A DNA stretch of 64,000 nucleotides from contig OX597816.1 of the NCBI GenBank assembly GCA_951406725.2, positions 66,340,001 to 66,404,000 of the forward strand, given 5' to 3'. Source of the DNA: Octopus vulgaris. Lineage: Eukaryota. The position numbers and the translations under genes were made by a program. A model generated the notes under the pieces. It did no database searches. It saw nothing but the letters and a program-made list of their open reading frames with translations, and was not told the origin of the DNA. Shown in pieces: positions 13,201 to 28,200 of the stretch (position 1 is its first letter; every line of letters starts with the position of its first letter).

Positions 13201-16200
13201 GAAATTTATATTTATTCTAATTTACTTAAAACGAGAATATAATTTACTGAAAAAATTTCAATTCTGTAACATTTTAATTTTAATTCCAAGAAAATTTTTC
13301 ATTTAATTTTGATTTCAATTCCAAGAAAATTTTAATCACACACTAAATATTCATATTTTCAATCCACAGGTTTTGTCAGATGTTTGAATGAATCACCTCA
13401 AAATAAGAAAAAAAAAAGTGTTTTGTTATCTGAGTATTAAAAAATTTAATTTTGATCTGGATAATTATATATACAGAGAAGGAATGTTTCACAAATAGTG
13501 GTAAAAGAAAATAAACTACTTGGATAATTAGAGATAGAAAAAAATATTTCAAGGATAAATATGCAGATAGATTATATATTTCTTTGTTTTATGTCCTGAT
13601 TAAATTTTGAAGGATTTCATTAGATAATTGTCATACATTGAATATGATTGTATATAAACATGCACACGTATATGTATCTGTGTAAGTAGACACACAACAA
13701 AATTTTGTGGAAAGACATAACTATAGGTTTCCCAAGTAACATAATGAGGTATAAAGAATATCCCAAATATTAGTAGTAAAATATTAGTGTAAATACATGT
13801 ATTTAAAAATAGGAAAATTAGAAAATTGATAATTAAAGTGAAGTTACTTACTATTTCTGTAGCAAAATGTTGCTGGATAATTGACAGTTTATACTGAGAC
13901 TGGTTATCAATACAGTACCGAGGAGCAAAAGTGACTATGTTGGTATCACAGTACATACCACAACCTTGTTTCACTTCTATACCAATGGTAAAAACTCTAA
14001 ATTTAAGAAGAATAAATGACCAAAATATGCAAAACAGATATATTGATTTCAGTTTAATAGCTAGCAACAAGACACTCTCCCTTCAAATAACCAAATGAAG
14101 GAGCCATTCAATGACCAAATTTTCATCAAATCATATCTTGACATCTCAAAACAGAGGACATATTAAACAAAGCCATCCTATATAAACTAGGCCTGATAAA
14201 AAAAAACCCCACAAAGATGAGATTTTCAATAAAAAATAGATTTCCTTTTAATCGGTAAATTAATTTAGTTAGATCTCAAAACTATTTCCCCTTTTCTTTT
14301 CTGGTTTGAGAGCCATTCCAAGTTGCTTTGGATACCTCATACCCTCTTACTAAATTTACTAACTTGATAGCATTGGTTCCAATGTTGAGTTTCACAGAGG
14401 CGATGACAAGTCACTGAAACAGTTGGCAATTTGCTGTGCCTAACAAGACACATCAAGTTCAGTGAAACCATAGTTGTGGCCAGTGCTGGTGTCATGTAAA
14501 AGGCACTCATGCCAGTGACACATTTAAGCCACCTGTGCCAGTGACACGTTAACCCATTAAGTCCCAGAGTACTTAAATTTCTGAATATTACTTTTTAATT
14601 TTTACAGATCATTGAAAATAGGTTAAAATGAAAAAAATAATTATTAAAACTCCTTTACTTCAAGTAGAAATGGAAATACTCGGTGTCCTATAAAATAGGA
14701 CACTGAGACAATGTGATATAGCTTATTTAATGTTCTCATTTAGTGTCCTATTATAGGACAGTGAGACTTAATGCCAGTGATACATTAAAAACACCTGGTA
14801 CACTCTGTGGAGTGGTTGGCATTAAAAGAAGTATCCACCCATGGAAACCAAGACAGACTGGAGCCTGGTGCAGCTCTCCAGCTTACCAGTTCTAATCAAA
14901 CCACCTAACTCATGCCAGGATGGAAAATGGATGACGATGAAAAGGTCTTAGAAATCCTACACAAACAGGGTTATCATGGCTGGATTGCCTTTGATCATCA
15001 TCATCATTTAGCGTCCGCTTTCCATGCTAGCATGGGTTGGACGGTTCGACTGGGTTCTGGGAAGCCAGAAGGCTGCGCCAGGCCCATTAAGTATTAAGTA
15101 AATGCTAACAAATAAAAAAGAGGCTCTTACCTATTTGGACTATTTGTTGCCTTAGAAGTAATGTGCACTTGGCGTGTACCAATGCCACTGTCTAATGTAA
15201 AACGAGGACACCTGAAATTAAAATTTATTATCATTTATCACAAAACTACTATCATAGCATAGCTGTGTGGCTATGAATAAATATGTATACAGAAATCATA
15301 CACAATATGCTTAATAAAGATATATTTTGTCACACTGTGAAAATATAGCCTATGAACAAACCAAAAGAGCTTCAGTAGCTAAGTGATAAGAATATGCTAC
15401 AAGTTTTAGATATTCTTCTAAATCCAGCAATTGAAACAGTTAGTAAGCGATCCCTGATGAGGGATTAATATATACAAAACTAGTCAGACACTCATCTCTT
15501 TTAGCTACCAAAGTCCTTATGGTTTGTACAACAACATTAAGTTTAATATATTGGATATAATTTCCACACACATACATGCATGTGTGTGTTTATATTAGTA
15601 TGTGTTTCAAAATTCAATATTTGCATATTGCTGAATAAACCATTTTCATAATGAAAATTACTATAAAGTGGGAATGTGTGGCATAGAAGTCTTATATTAA
15701 AATATATACAAGAAGCTTCTGGGTTAAAATAGCAATACTATATAATGATTAAATTATTTTTTTCCTCTATCATCATCATCATCGTTTAGCGTCCGCTTTC
15801 CATGCTAGCATGGGTTAGACGGGTCAACTGGGGTCTGTGAAGCTGGAAGGCTTCGTCAGGCCCAGTCAGATCTGGCAGTGTTTCTACGGCTGGATGCCCT
15901 TCCTAATGCCAACCACTCCGAGAGTGTAGTGGGTGTTTTTACGTGCCACCTGCACAGGTGCCAGACAGAGCTGGCGAACGGCCACAAACGGATGGTGCTT
16001 TTACGTGTCACCGGCACGGGGCCAGGCGATGCTGGCAACGGACACAAACGGATGGTGCTTTTACGTGCCACCGACACGGGGCCAGACAGAGCTGGCAAAC
16101 GGCCACGAACGGACGGTGCTTTTACGTGTCACCGGCACGGGGGCCAGCCGAGGCTGGCAACGGACACGAACGGATGGTGCTTTTACGTGCCACCAACACG

Positions 16201-19200
16201 GGGCCAGACAGAGAGCTGGCAAATGGCCACGAACGGATGGTGCTTTTACGTGCCACCGACACGGGGCCAGACAGAGCTGGCAAACGGCCACGAACGGACG
16301 GTGCTTTTACGTGTCACTGGCACGGGGCCAGGCGAGGCTGGCAACGAACACGAACGGATGGTGCTTTACGTGCCACCGACACGGGGGCCAGGCAGAGCTG
16401 GCAAACGGTCACGAGCGAATGGTGCTTTTACGTATCACCGGCACGGGTGCCAGACGAGGCTGACAGCGGACACGAACGGATGGGTCACTTAACCCCTGCT
16501 TTCTGATATATGATTTGATTTTGATTGTTCTCACTGGTCTTGCCGGGTCTTCTCACACACAGCATACTTCCATAGGTCTCGGTCTCTGGTCATTTCCTTG
16601 GTGAGACCTAGAGTTCGAAGGTCGTGCTTCACCACCTCGACCCAGGTTTTCCTGGGTCTACCTCTTCCACAGGTCCCCTCAACTGCCAGGGTGTGGCACT
16701 TTTTCACACACCTATCTTCATCCATTCTCACCACATGACCATACCAGCGCAATCGTCTCTCTTGCACACAACATCTGATTCCTCTTAGGTCCAACTTTTC
16801 TCTCAAGGTACTTACACTCTGTCGACTATGAACACTGACATTACACATCCAACGGAGCATACTAGCTTCATTTCTCGCGAGCTTACGCATGTCCTCAGCA
16901 GTCACGGCCCATGTTTCACTGCCATGTAGCATGGCTGTTCGTACACATGCATCATACAGTCTGCCTTTTACTCTGAGCGAGAGGCCTTTAGTCACCAACA
17001 GAGGTAAGAGCTCCCTAAACTTTGCCCAGGCTATTCTTACTCTAGCCGTTACACTTTCAGCACACCCACCCCCACTACTGACTTGGTCACCAAGATAACG
17101 GAAGCTATCAACTACTTCTAGTTTTTCCCCTGGAAAGTGACGGAAGTTGTTTTCTGCAGATTTTCAGAGGTTAATGCTCCCGAGCATCTGCCACATACAA
17201 AAACCATCTTCCTAGTTAGCCTTCCTATGACATTGCTGCACCTCTTATGTGTCCATAGCTTACACTTGGTGCATCTTATAGAGTTTCTACCTACACATTT
17301 TCTACAGATCTATAAATTTATGAAATGGAGTAGTGGTTCTTAATATTTCTTAGAGACAGAATTTGGAAAAAGATAGAAAAATAATAACTTGTGTTTTTGA
17401 AAAATTCTGTTAAAAAAAATTTGGTTCTGCACAGAAATTTCAAATGATTCAATATGCAATGTGACGTAACATTTTTGGTAGAACTAAGGCAACAAATCAG
17501 TAGAGTCATTAGCATGCTGGGTAAAATGCTTAGCAGTATTTTGGCCGTCTTTACATTTTGAGTTAAAGTTCTTCCAAGGTGGACTTTGCCTTTCATCCTT
17601 TTGGGATTGATAAAATAAGCACCAGTTGAGCGCTGGGATCAATGAGATTGACTTACCCCTCCCCTGAACTTGCTGGCCTCATGCCAAAACTTGAAACCAA
17701 TATTTCTGGTAGAACTGTTCCTTTATGAAAAGTAACATTATAATCAAGTGATATACAAGAATTTTCTTACCACTGAAGAAGTACACTCTCTGCTGCTACA
17801 GTTTGTCTCCCAGCTCTCATAGAACATCTGAGAAAGAAAGAAAATTATGTGATATACAAAGAGACACATACATGTTCGCACGTATGACAGTGAACATGAG
17901 AGAGTGTATGTATGTTTGCTAAAAAGAATAGCCAAATTTCACAAGGGATTAATTCCAACAGAAAGTTTAAGAATCAAGAAAATTTAAGTCTCTTTAAAAA
18001 GAAGCATTATTCATTTAGATTGCAATTCTGAAATAGTGAGGTTTATAAACAACTAGATTACCTATGACCTGTTGGGTCACCAATAGTTCAAGATAGCCGA
18101 AAATAGCACGTATCTCTGGAACCCATGGTCCAATTTACATGAAACTTGTCTTATTCCATTTGTATTCCCATTTCAAGGGCACTTTACTTTCAGAGTACTT
18201 TCCCATTATGTGCCAGTTTGGCTGTATTAAATTACAGACACACACACAAGCAAGCACGCAAACAAAACTATCCAGGTGTTCACAGTAAAGGGCAATAACT
18301 CCAGGTTTCACTGCTTAAATTTGTGGAACCCCCCCCACTGCATCTCGGGAATCCATCGTCCGATTTACACGAAACTTGTTTTATTCTGTTTGTATTCATA
18401 TTTCAGGGGTACCTTACTTTCAGAGTATTTTCCCATTATGCACTAGTTTGACTGTATTAAATGAGAGACAAGCATGCAAGCAAACAATCACAGACTTTTA
18501 GTACTATATAGATAAATAATTTTGACTCTGGTATTCCTAATCAGCTTCTGTAGCTATATAAATGTAGATATCAACATTTCTGATGGTAACCTAGTGTCAT
18601 ACAGACAAAAATGAGAGAGCAATCTTTTTTCACAAATTAAGCTTATGGATAGAGAATCTTTCAAGTAACAACTAATAATAATAAACTGTCATCATCGTTT
18701 AACGTCCGTTGCCTGTGCTAGCATGGGTTGGCCGGTTCGACCAGGGTCTGGGAAGCCAGGAGGCTGCACCAGGCTCCTGTCTGATCTGACAGTGTTTCTG
18801 GATGCCCTTCCTAACGCCAACCACTCCGTGAGTGTAGTGGGTGCTTTTCATGTGTCACCGGCACAGGTGCCGGGGGGGTTGGCAGCGGCCACGATCAGTT
18901 GGTGCTTTTTACGTGCCACCAATAACACCATTACAAAGCAAATTATCTTCTGGCATCTAATAGTTTTCTTTACACAAAAGGTACATTGGCTTTCTTTTGA
19001 GTTAGTAACTCTTAGTTACTTTTAGCTCAGTCTAGAGAACCGAGTTTCATCTTCAAAGTCTAAGAGTGAAACAGATATTGAAAGTGAAGCAGCAAATGAG
19101 AAAGATGCTTACAACAGGTTGTTGATAGACTGGGGAATAAAGAATGGAGAAGTTAAAAATAAAGTGTGTCTGTGCTTTTGTGTATGCACAAGTGTAACAT

Positions 19201-22200
19201 GAAAAGACATTTGAGTGTATGTCACCACAGACAGAAAGATGTGACCTCTGTGTAGTTACTTGAACTGCTTAAAATAGCATGCCCTACTGTTTTAAGCAAG
19301 TAAAGGAAATAATGGAGTTCTGCATATTAGAAACACAAGATGATCACAGCTGGAATGCCGAAGATCAATAATTAAATACCAAAAAATTCATTCAGAAAAA
19401 AGAATACAATACATACCTGGTTGGACACTCTTTGTCAGTAAAACTGAAAAGTAAAGGTGTGACACTTTTTGCTCTTTCGTGGTCTTCTGATTGACCTGCA
19501 GCTTCTAGTCTGGTGCCATCTTGTTTAAAAATTAATGGGATGCCGGATTTGTTGACAAGCCAATAGGGAGCTGAGATTTGGAGCTACCAATAAAAAACAA
19601 AATATGATAACTATTATTGTTTTACAAGCAATTGATAACATTCCAGTGAACTGAGATGGAATTTGGTCTCAGTTTTTGAGTCAAGTTACTTCTTTGCTTT
19701 CAATCATCATCATCATTTAACGTCCGTTTTCCATGCTAGCATGGATTGGACGGTTCGACTGGGGTCTGGGAAGCCAGAAGGCTGCACCAGGCTCCAGTCT
19801 GATCTGGCAGTGTTACCACAGCTGGATGCCCTTTCTAACGCCAACCACTCTGGTGTTAGGAAGAGCATCCAGCTGTAGAAACACTGCCAGATCAGACTGG
19901 AGCCTAGTGCAGCCTTCTGGCTTCCCAGCTTTGGGAAAGCACAAAGATCAAAACATTTCATTCCTATTTCATAAAATATAGTGTAGGGATTTCAGCCAGG
20001 TCAAACCATTACTAATGTTTTACAAAAGAGCAAATTTTTAGAGTTTGTTTGAAGTCATGAGATTAGAGATAACAAATTGGACGTATTTATAGACGATAAA
20101 TCTATCATTCAGAAATAAATATGAGATTATGAGAGGAGCCTGATGTTGCTAAATGTTATGTAAAAATGACCAGTGTGTACAAACACTGCTTTCAACAAGA
20201 AATACAGAGTGACCAATTGCCAAAGCATACGCATAACTCCTACTTGTATAATCTATCTCCTCTTTTATGATGAAAATTTATTCTGATATTGACTAAAACA
20301 CAAGCTAAAATACAAAATATATATGAATAAATGAAATGAAATAAAAAGAAGAGCCATTATATCACTTAATAAACATGTAATTAAACAAATCTTCATTAAG
20401 AGTTCTAAAAGTAAATCAAAACACATACATAATATAAAGATACGTGTATGTAAAAGAAAGGTATTGTCAAATGAATCAATCTCAGTATACCATTGGTAGT
20501 TATTTATCATTTATTAAATCCAGAGGGATTAATTTATAGAATAAAGGAGCATTTATTAACTATGGCATACATACATGAGTGTGTGTGTGCTGTATATGTT
20601 CTGTTGCCTAGATACTACAATGGTTGTAAATGAGCATCATCGTCAAATAAGTGAGGTTGTTTGTTTGCAGTCTTCTGTGAAAAGATGGCTAGCTATGGGG
20701 AAATAATATCTTGCTTGGAAATAGGTAAGGGTTGGTGACAAGAAGGGCATTCAGCCATTGAAAATCTGCCTCAGCAAATTTCGTCTGACCCATGCAAGCA
20801 TGGAAAAGGGGGTGTTAAATGATAAGAAGTGACTCAGCAAAATATTCCTTTTACTTCTCTACAACGATAATATGCTCCAACAGTGTTTGCGATGCCTTGC
20901 CTCATGCTGAATGACAAATTTCACGATAGGGTTTCCTTTTGCAGTCACTTACAGATCTTTGTGACAGAAGTATGCTGACAGAACAAGCTAATACTAAAAT
21001 GAATGATGACTGAAAAATATAAAGAACTAGCTGAATTACCCGGTAATACCCGGAAAAACAGGGATTATTTCCCATTCCCATTACACTGTTTCATGTCCTG
21101 TTCAGTTTCCATTTTAGTTCTGCTCCCATTCCTATCCCCAGTCCTATGCCAATATATAAATTTTAGAATCAGTTAGGTGTAATTGAGCCATTAAATATTT
21201 TATTAACCTTCATGGTAACAGTTTATTGCTAAAAACAGGTATTACAAACAATTAATGATTAGTGGGTGAATATGGAATGTCCCTGTATTATTTTAACAAA
21301 CAAAAATGCATCTGAGTAAAATAAATGAGTTGACCAGTAATACTGAGAAAGCGGGAGTTATCCCCAATTCCCATTACACTGTTCCATGTCCTATCCAGTC
21401 TCCTGTTCAGTTTCTGTCTCTCTACCCAATCTGTCGTTTATGGTAATAGTTTATTGCTAAAAATAGGTATTACAAACTATTAGTTCAATTAGTGGGTGAA
21501 TAAGGAATGTCCCTATATTATTTAAACAAACAAATATGCATCTGAGTAAAATATATTAGAGAAAATAGGGAGATTTACAAATACATTGACAGTTTGCATA
21601 TTGTAGCTGGCTTTCTCACATTGTAGCTGATTTGTAAACATGCTACAGCAACCCCCCCCCCCCAAGGGGACTCATTGTAGATTTTTATTGAAATCCAGTT
21701 TGTCTATAATTCAACTGGATGTTAGAAACAAATAAATAACAAAATTGGATTTAACATGGAAAATTATTTCAATATACCAAATTTGAAAATATTGATGTAA
21801 TTTTAGAATCTCACAATATGTGACAGCAACAGGGAAGACCCTACAAAAGTGGAGAGACAGACAGTTATAGGACATCACACACACGCAAATTTACAAACAT
21901 GCACACAGGTAATCATGAGTTTAAAATGGTGTATAGTAGACATATGTATGTCTGTGAGTGTTTCTTTGTGATGGACAGCACAAAAGCCACCTATCCCCTC
22001 TCTCCTTAAAGCTGTATTCCTCACACTCACCTTTCTCTGGGTATGTGTGTATGTTGTATCAATATATTTATGAAAGTATGCATGCAGCATCGTGTGTATA
22101 CGACAGCTTATTAACGTTAACATCCCATTGCCACCACTGTTCTCGCCTTCACTGATATAAGTCACCCTCTCTCTGCTACTACCTTTCCCTCCGACTAATA

Positions 22201-25200
22201 TTTTTGTAACTTTCTCATTTTATCATATAATTCACCCAACACCCCTGGGAGGGAGGCACATTATAGATTTTTATTGAAATCCAATTAGCCTATTATTGAA
22301 CTGGATTTTAGTGCAACATGTATGCTAAGTTTCGTGAATATTGGTTAGCTGGTTTAGGCACTAAGATGGTAACAGACAGACAGAAATTGCCATTAATATA
22401 TTAGATTAATGCAATATATTTTCTAACCAAAGAATTTCAGAAAATATAAGGATTCTCATACTGAACTAGACAAAATAATGTTCCAGTTGTTTGATACTAT
22501 AGAACTACCTATTCATTGTAATATAGCAGAAGTGGCTGATTACTCTACAGATCTGTGTATACTTCATGAAATTTAAAACAGAATCAGTGCGATAGAATGT
22601 GTGACAAGGATGACCTTCACAAATCCCAGGAACATTTCATTTAATGTATTTCAAGACAGCTATGTCAAGTCAATTTAACTCACAAAGATAACCAGCCCTT
22701 CTCTAATATCCTTTCTTCTATAGACACAAGGCCTTAAATTTTGGGGAGGGGCTAGTTGATTACATCAACCCCGGTGCTCAACTGGTATTTATTTCATTCA
22801 CCCCAAAATGATGAAAGCCAAAGTCAATTTTGGCAGCATTTGAATTCAGAACAAAGACAGATGAAATGCCGCTAAGCATTTTGCCCAGTGTGCTAACAAT
22901 TCTGTCACCTTTCTCATTGACTCTGAAGCATTTCTTTGGATATTAGAAATGGGTAAGTCAGTGACTTACCTTGAGTGCTCCTCCTTTGCGTGAAATGATG
23001 CGTACAGTCAACGCCAACATTCTGTCGTCACTGTCGTATAGTTCAAACCTAGCTTTATAATTGATAGTTCCTGGAGGGATCATCAACTCATTACAATCTC
23101 GGAAATTTTCCAGCTGGATTCCGAGTTCAAGATGCTGGCTCATGTCAGCCTGAATGTAGAAAAAAGTGGGGAGAAACATTATAACAAGAAGAACTATGAA
23201 GAGATGGAATTAAAAGAAAACAAAGTGTTCAATATAAAAATAAAAAATGTTCAAAGCTCTTTTACCTGATAGAGTGGCTCCTGTTTTCCAGCATCAATTT
23301 GACCCTTCATTGAGGTATTCTTGAAGTAGTAAGACATCTCAATTGGTAGCAGATTGCAAAGAGTGACTGGTGGATGAAGAGTAATTATGTGACCAGGAAT
23401 ACTGTATTCTCGAGCATGTATTCTATGTAGCTGAGTTTCCTCGGGATACTTTCCACGTCTTACAGACACACAAAACCTGGTGACAAACAATAGTAAGTCA
23501 TGAAAGAACTAGAAATGACAAGAATGTTTTGTGCTGTCACAAGACCACAAATCTGTAGGGAATGAGAGTAACTGATAAAACTGTCCTGGGAAATGAAAGG
23601 CAAAGCTAACTATAGTAGGGTTTACTCTTATGACAATATTACACATACACTTCAAGATGGCCACAGCTGGAATGCTTTGAGCATAAGTCTGCTCAATCAG
23701 AGCTGAAGTAAAATGGGACTAAACAATAATAATTCTTAAGTAGCATACTTCACCCAACAGAAAATAGTTACAAGATAGGAATAACTCATACAGTAGGCAG
23801 AAGCAGTACTGTAAAATCAACAGATGGGTCACTAGCTGGCAGTACGGTGGTCAATTCTGCTTGTGGATAATATACAAATAAGTTGGATAAATTTGTTCAA
23901 ATACAGCCCACTCTTTTTATAAATAACACCAAGACCAATTGAACTTCCTTAACACTCATGACTTCATATATGCTATTAGATCATTTGTCTATGCTACACT
24001 TTAAAGAATTATATTATGCATTGATTTAATTCCAAAATCCTCTATCTTATTTGTTAAATTATAATTGCAAGCTTCTTCTATAGTATGAAGGAGAGAAATG
24101 GTGAAGTGGATTTTGAAAGGATATTAATGTCAGATGCAAAATCACCAAATATAGTAAATGCATAGAGTTGTTAGAACTCAGAGAAATTGTTTGGATTCAT
24201 TTATGTATGAAAAAGTCGACAGAAGTTCTAACCATTTTGAAAAATGTTTTCATCAGTGCTCAAAAATTTAAATGTACAAAAATATTTTTAAAGCCCTGCT
24301 ATTACATGTCATGAAGTAACACAATTCATAAAAAGGTTGAAGAGAAATAAAAGCGGTCACTTAAAATGCAATGTATGTCTGAATTATAATTAAGAAATTA
24401 GTGAGAGATATGACATGATATAAAATCATTGAAAAAAAAAAAAAAAGTCTCCCAAAAAGTTGAAACTTGAATATTTTACCCATCATTTCAAATAATTTCA
24501 TCCAGAAAATGTCATTCTTGCTATGCACAACCCCACCAGGAAAATATTTACTAACATTGTACTTAAAAAAATACTGATATAGGCTTAGGAGTGGTTGTGT
24601 GGTAAGTAGCTTGCTTACCAACCACATGGTTCCGGGTTCAGTCCTACTGCATGGCCCCTGGGCAAGTGTCTTCTACTATAGCCTCGGGCCAACCAAAGCC
24701 TTGTGAGTGGATTTGGAAGACGGAAACTGAAAGAAGCCAGTCGTATATATGTGTGTGTGTGGTTTTGTGTGTATATAGTTTTGTGTGTCTGTGTTTGTCC
24801 CCCACAACATCGCTTAACAACCAATGGTGGTGTGTTTACATCTCCATAACTTAGCAGTTCAACAAAAGAGACCAATAGAATAAGCACTAGGCTTACAAAG
24901 AATAAGTCTGGGGTCGATTTACTCGACTAAAGGCGGTGTTCCAGCATAGCCACAGTCAAATGTCTGAAACAAGTAAAAAGGTATATCCCTAACAGAAATT
25001 ACATTAAAAGATGATACATTACATGTGGAAGACATGTAATTAAAAGCCCAAAGTCCAAAAGAAGAACAGAAAGTTCTGAGAGTGGTACATTCTTTTTTCA
25101 AGTAAGTATAGTCAATCAATCAGAGAAAAATAATTTGTTTTGGAGTGTAGCAAACACTGTGGCAGGAATATTTGCAAAAGGCTGCCCATAAATTTCTTCC

Positions 25201-28200
25201 AGATTAGTCATTATCCTAAACTAACAAACCAAAGCTATTCCGATTTGAAAGAGATTGAGAAACAATATAATTACCTGAAACACTCTTTATTTGGTTTGAT
25301 AGGCCGACAGACCCGATGGTAATCAAGGACGTCATCCATTTTACGAACTCTGTCCCAATAGAGTGGTTCACCACATTCTTCCACAGGGAGATCAGCAGGG
25401 CGAGCACAAAGGGATGCAGAAGTGTAAAGAATGGGTACAGGAGACTGGCTATTTGGTTGGATTAATTGCTTCTCTTTCAACATGGTGCATCCTGAATAAG
25501 AGAAACAGAAATGGACTTATTAAAAAATAATTATGCAAAATCAGAAAAAGTTTTGGTACACGGAATAAAAGTTTGTTAATTCATTTAAAACCGAACCTTC
25601 ACTCCATTGCAGCTGGGAGCTTTCTGTCCTGAAGAACATACAAGAAACAGGGAACTTAAGAGTAGCTAAAGAGTGAATACTTGATACTCTGAATGAATTA
25701 ATAAATGCACGCACGCACGCACACACACACATGCACACACACACACACACACAGAGTAAAACTGTGTTTCCAGAAACAGGGGGGGAAAAAAAACACTCAA
25801 ATATGGTTTAGTTAACAAGTTACATAACAAAGACTGTATTTTTTGAAACAGAAAAATAAATTTAAAAAATTAAAACATAAGCCTGTCATAACTAATCAAA
25901 TGTTAATTAAAATATCCATATCTTACCTAGTCCAGTAAAAGGGTACATGACAACCTCAACAGGCATGTGCAGTTTATTAACAATTGTCAAGGCTGATCTT
26001 ACAGTGATCATCTTGCGTGCACTTCCTTCTTGTGTGACATCAAATACAAAACGAGCCACTTGCTGACGCATTGTTTGCTACAAGACAGCAGATTGAGCAC
26101 AGATTTATAGAGGGAACAATAACATAGCACACACTACTCAAGAACAATTAATTAAAATACACATCAATTAATTACTCATGTAAATTGATATGAAAATACA
26201 TAGTCTAGTTACTGAAGCAAATGAGTAGCTAATACCAGTTGATAACAAAATATTGCATAAACAGGAATGTTAATTACAAAAGACATTGTTATCTACGAAA
26301 GATATTTAAAATATCTTTATTTTTATGGATGTAAGGAAGACTTGTCTTCTACATCTTAATATTATAAATTGGTTCAATTAAACTGTACAAAATTAACAAT
26401 CATATTTGCTTTCATTACATAAATTACTATTAACACATTTCAGTCATTCATTTAAAAATTTTACAGACAACTTATCATAGCCCATTTTGTCACAAATATA
26501 AATAATGATAGATTCAAAATCTAAAAACCGGCCACAAACCAAGAATCCGTTAATGTGACAGTGTGAGTTGGGCAAAAAATAAGATCCAATGCTTGTACAG
26601 AACAAAAACATCAAAAGATCAATTACAGATAATTAAAAGAAACAAATCTTCAAGTGGACTGATTTTGCATACTACCAATCATTAATAATTTCATAATTAT
26701 GCCTTGCTAACATGCTCAAAATACAATTAGTAATAAAATTAATCATAGTTAGCCTAGGTTCTCATTTCTTATTCTTTTATCCTAATTTTAGTCATTGGGC
26801 TGTAGTCATGAAGGACCACCACATTCATGGACTTTAATTAAATCTACCCCAGAACTTTTGGTAGTTATTTTGTCAGCTGTGGAAAAAAGAATGGCATTAT
26901 TGACCTGAATGTACAGGGACATAACCAAATACCACAATGTATCTCTCTCTCTCTATCTCTCTCACACACACACACACACACGCACACACACATGCACACA
27001 CACACACACACATTCATATCTTCAGATGCTGGGCTTCACAGAGGAAAAGACAAGAGACTGGGAGTTGTGATGATTTGCTGTACTTTAGAAGCTGCGTCAA
27101 GCTAAGTAAATCATGGCCATTCATACATACAGGTATGTCCTTTACAGGTGCTGGCGCACATTACATGCACCTGTGCCGGTGCAGCGTAAACACAGCCATG
27201 TTGGTGGCATATAAAAAGCACTTGGCACACTCTGGAAAGTGGTTAGCATTAGGAAGGACATCCAGCTAAGGAAACCATGTCACAACAGACAACCAGAGTC
27301 CGGACAGCTCCCTAGCGGGCCAGCTCCTGTCAAACTGTCCAACCCATGCCAGCATAGACAATGGATGTTAAACAATGAAGATGATAAATATTCATCTGAA
27401 GAGTTTCTGCACAAGCTCTACCAGTAAAATTTCACAATCAAAGCTTCAGTCAATGTAAAGCTTACCCAAGGTGCTGTTCAGTGAGACTGAACTCAGAAGT
27501 ACATGGTTGTGAAGGTAATTTGTTTCACCACACAACTGCCTGCACCTTTTATGTGAATGAATTTTTTTAAACAAGTAAACTTATATGTAAAAAGCAACTA
27601 ATTCATGAATATACATAACACTATTATTGAAATTCCAGTTTAAAAAGAAATGTCTCTTATAGAAAATAAAGTTTAAACTTTCTCAAATGGTAAATTACCA
27701 ATACAAATTAATGGCCCAATCATTGAAAAATATTACAGTGTTACTTTCAACATAACTAAAAAATGTTTTAGAATTAAGTTAGAAGTGGAGGGAGAACTTC
27801 CCATGATATTGTAAATCTTCTCAGAGGTCAATGCAGTTGGTGTTCAGACAGAAACTTCTGTAGGCTGATACCTGTAGGGCAAAATGTGGCTTGCAGTTCT
27901 AGGTAGGAAGGGATGGGCAAAATATTTAGAGTAAGATTTCAATGGAAACAAAATAGAGGTGATGAGTAGAGGAAAGGTAAGTGTGATGCGTAGCTTACTA
28001 GTTCACAGTCATCAAAAAAGCCCTGTAAAAGCAACTGAAGGTTCAGGCCAAGGAACAGAGTGCTAATTGTCTGGTAATTTTAGAGCATTGTTAAATGAGT
28101 ATTTTCCAATCAACCAAACAACTTTGTTTTGGATGCATCCTAGAGTATTTGTGAATGTATATGTAGCAATAGCACCATTCTAGGTATGTGAGCCTTACTG

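Noticed and set aside
15932-16482. CRISPR-like repeat array
   Set aside because: The intervening segments are themselves repeated, there are no cas genes, and it lies in a eukaryotic LINE 3' UTR.
15878-16506. Long ORFs in three frames (176-204 aa)
   Set aside because: Products of a GC-rich, stop-poor tandem repeat.
24581-24655. tRNA gene
   Set aside because: It has A/B-box-like motifs but no convincing cloverleaf and continues into a repeated SINE body.
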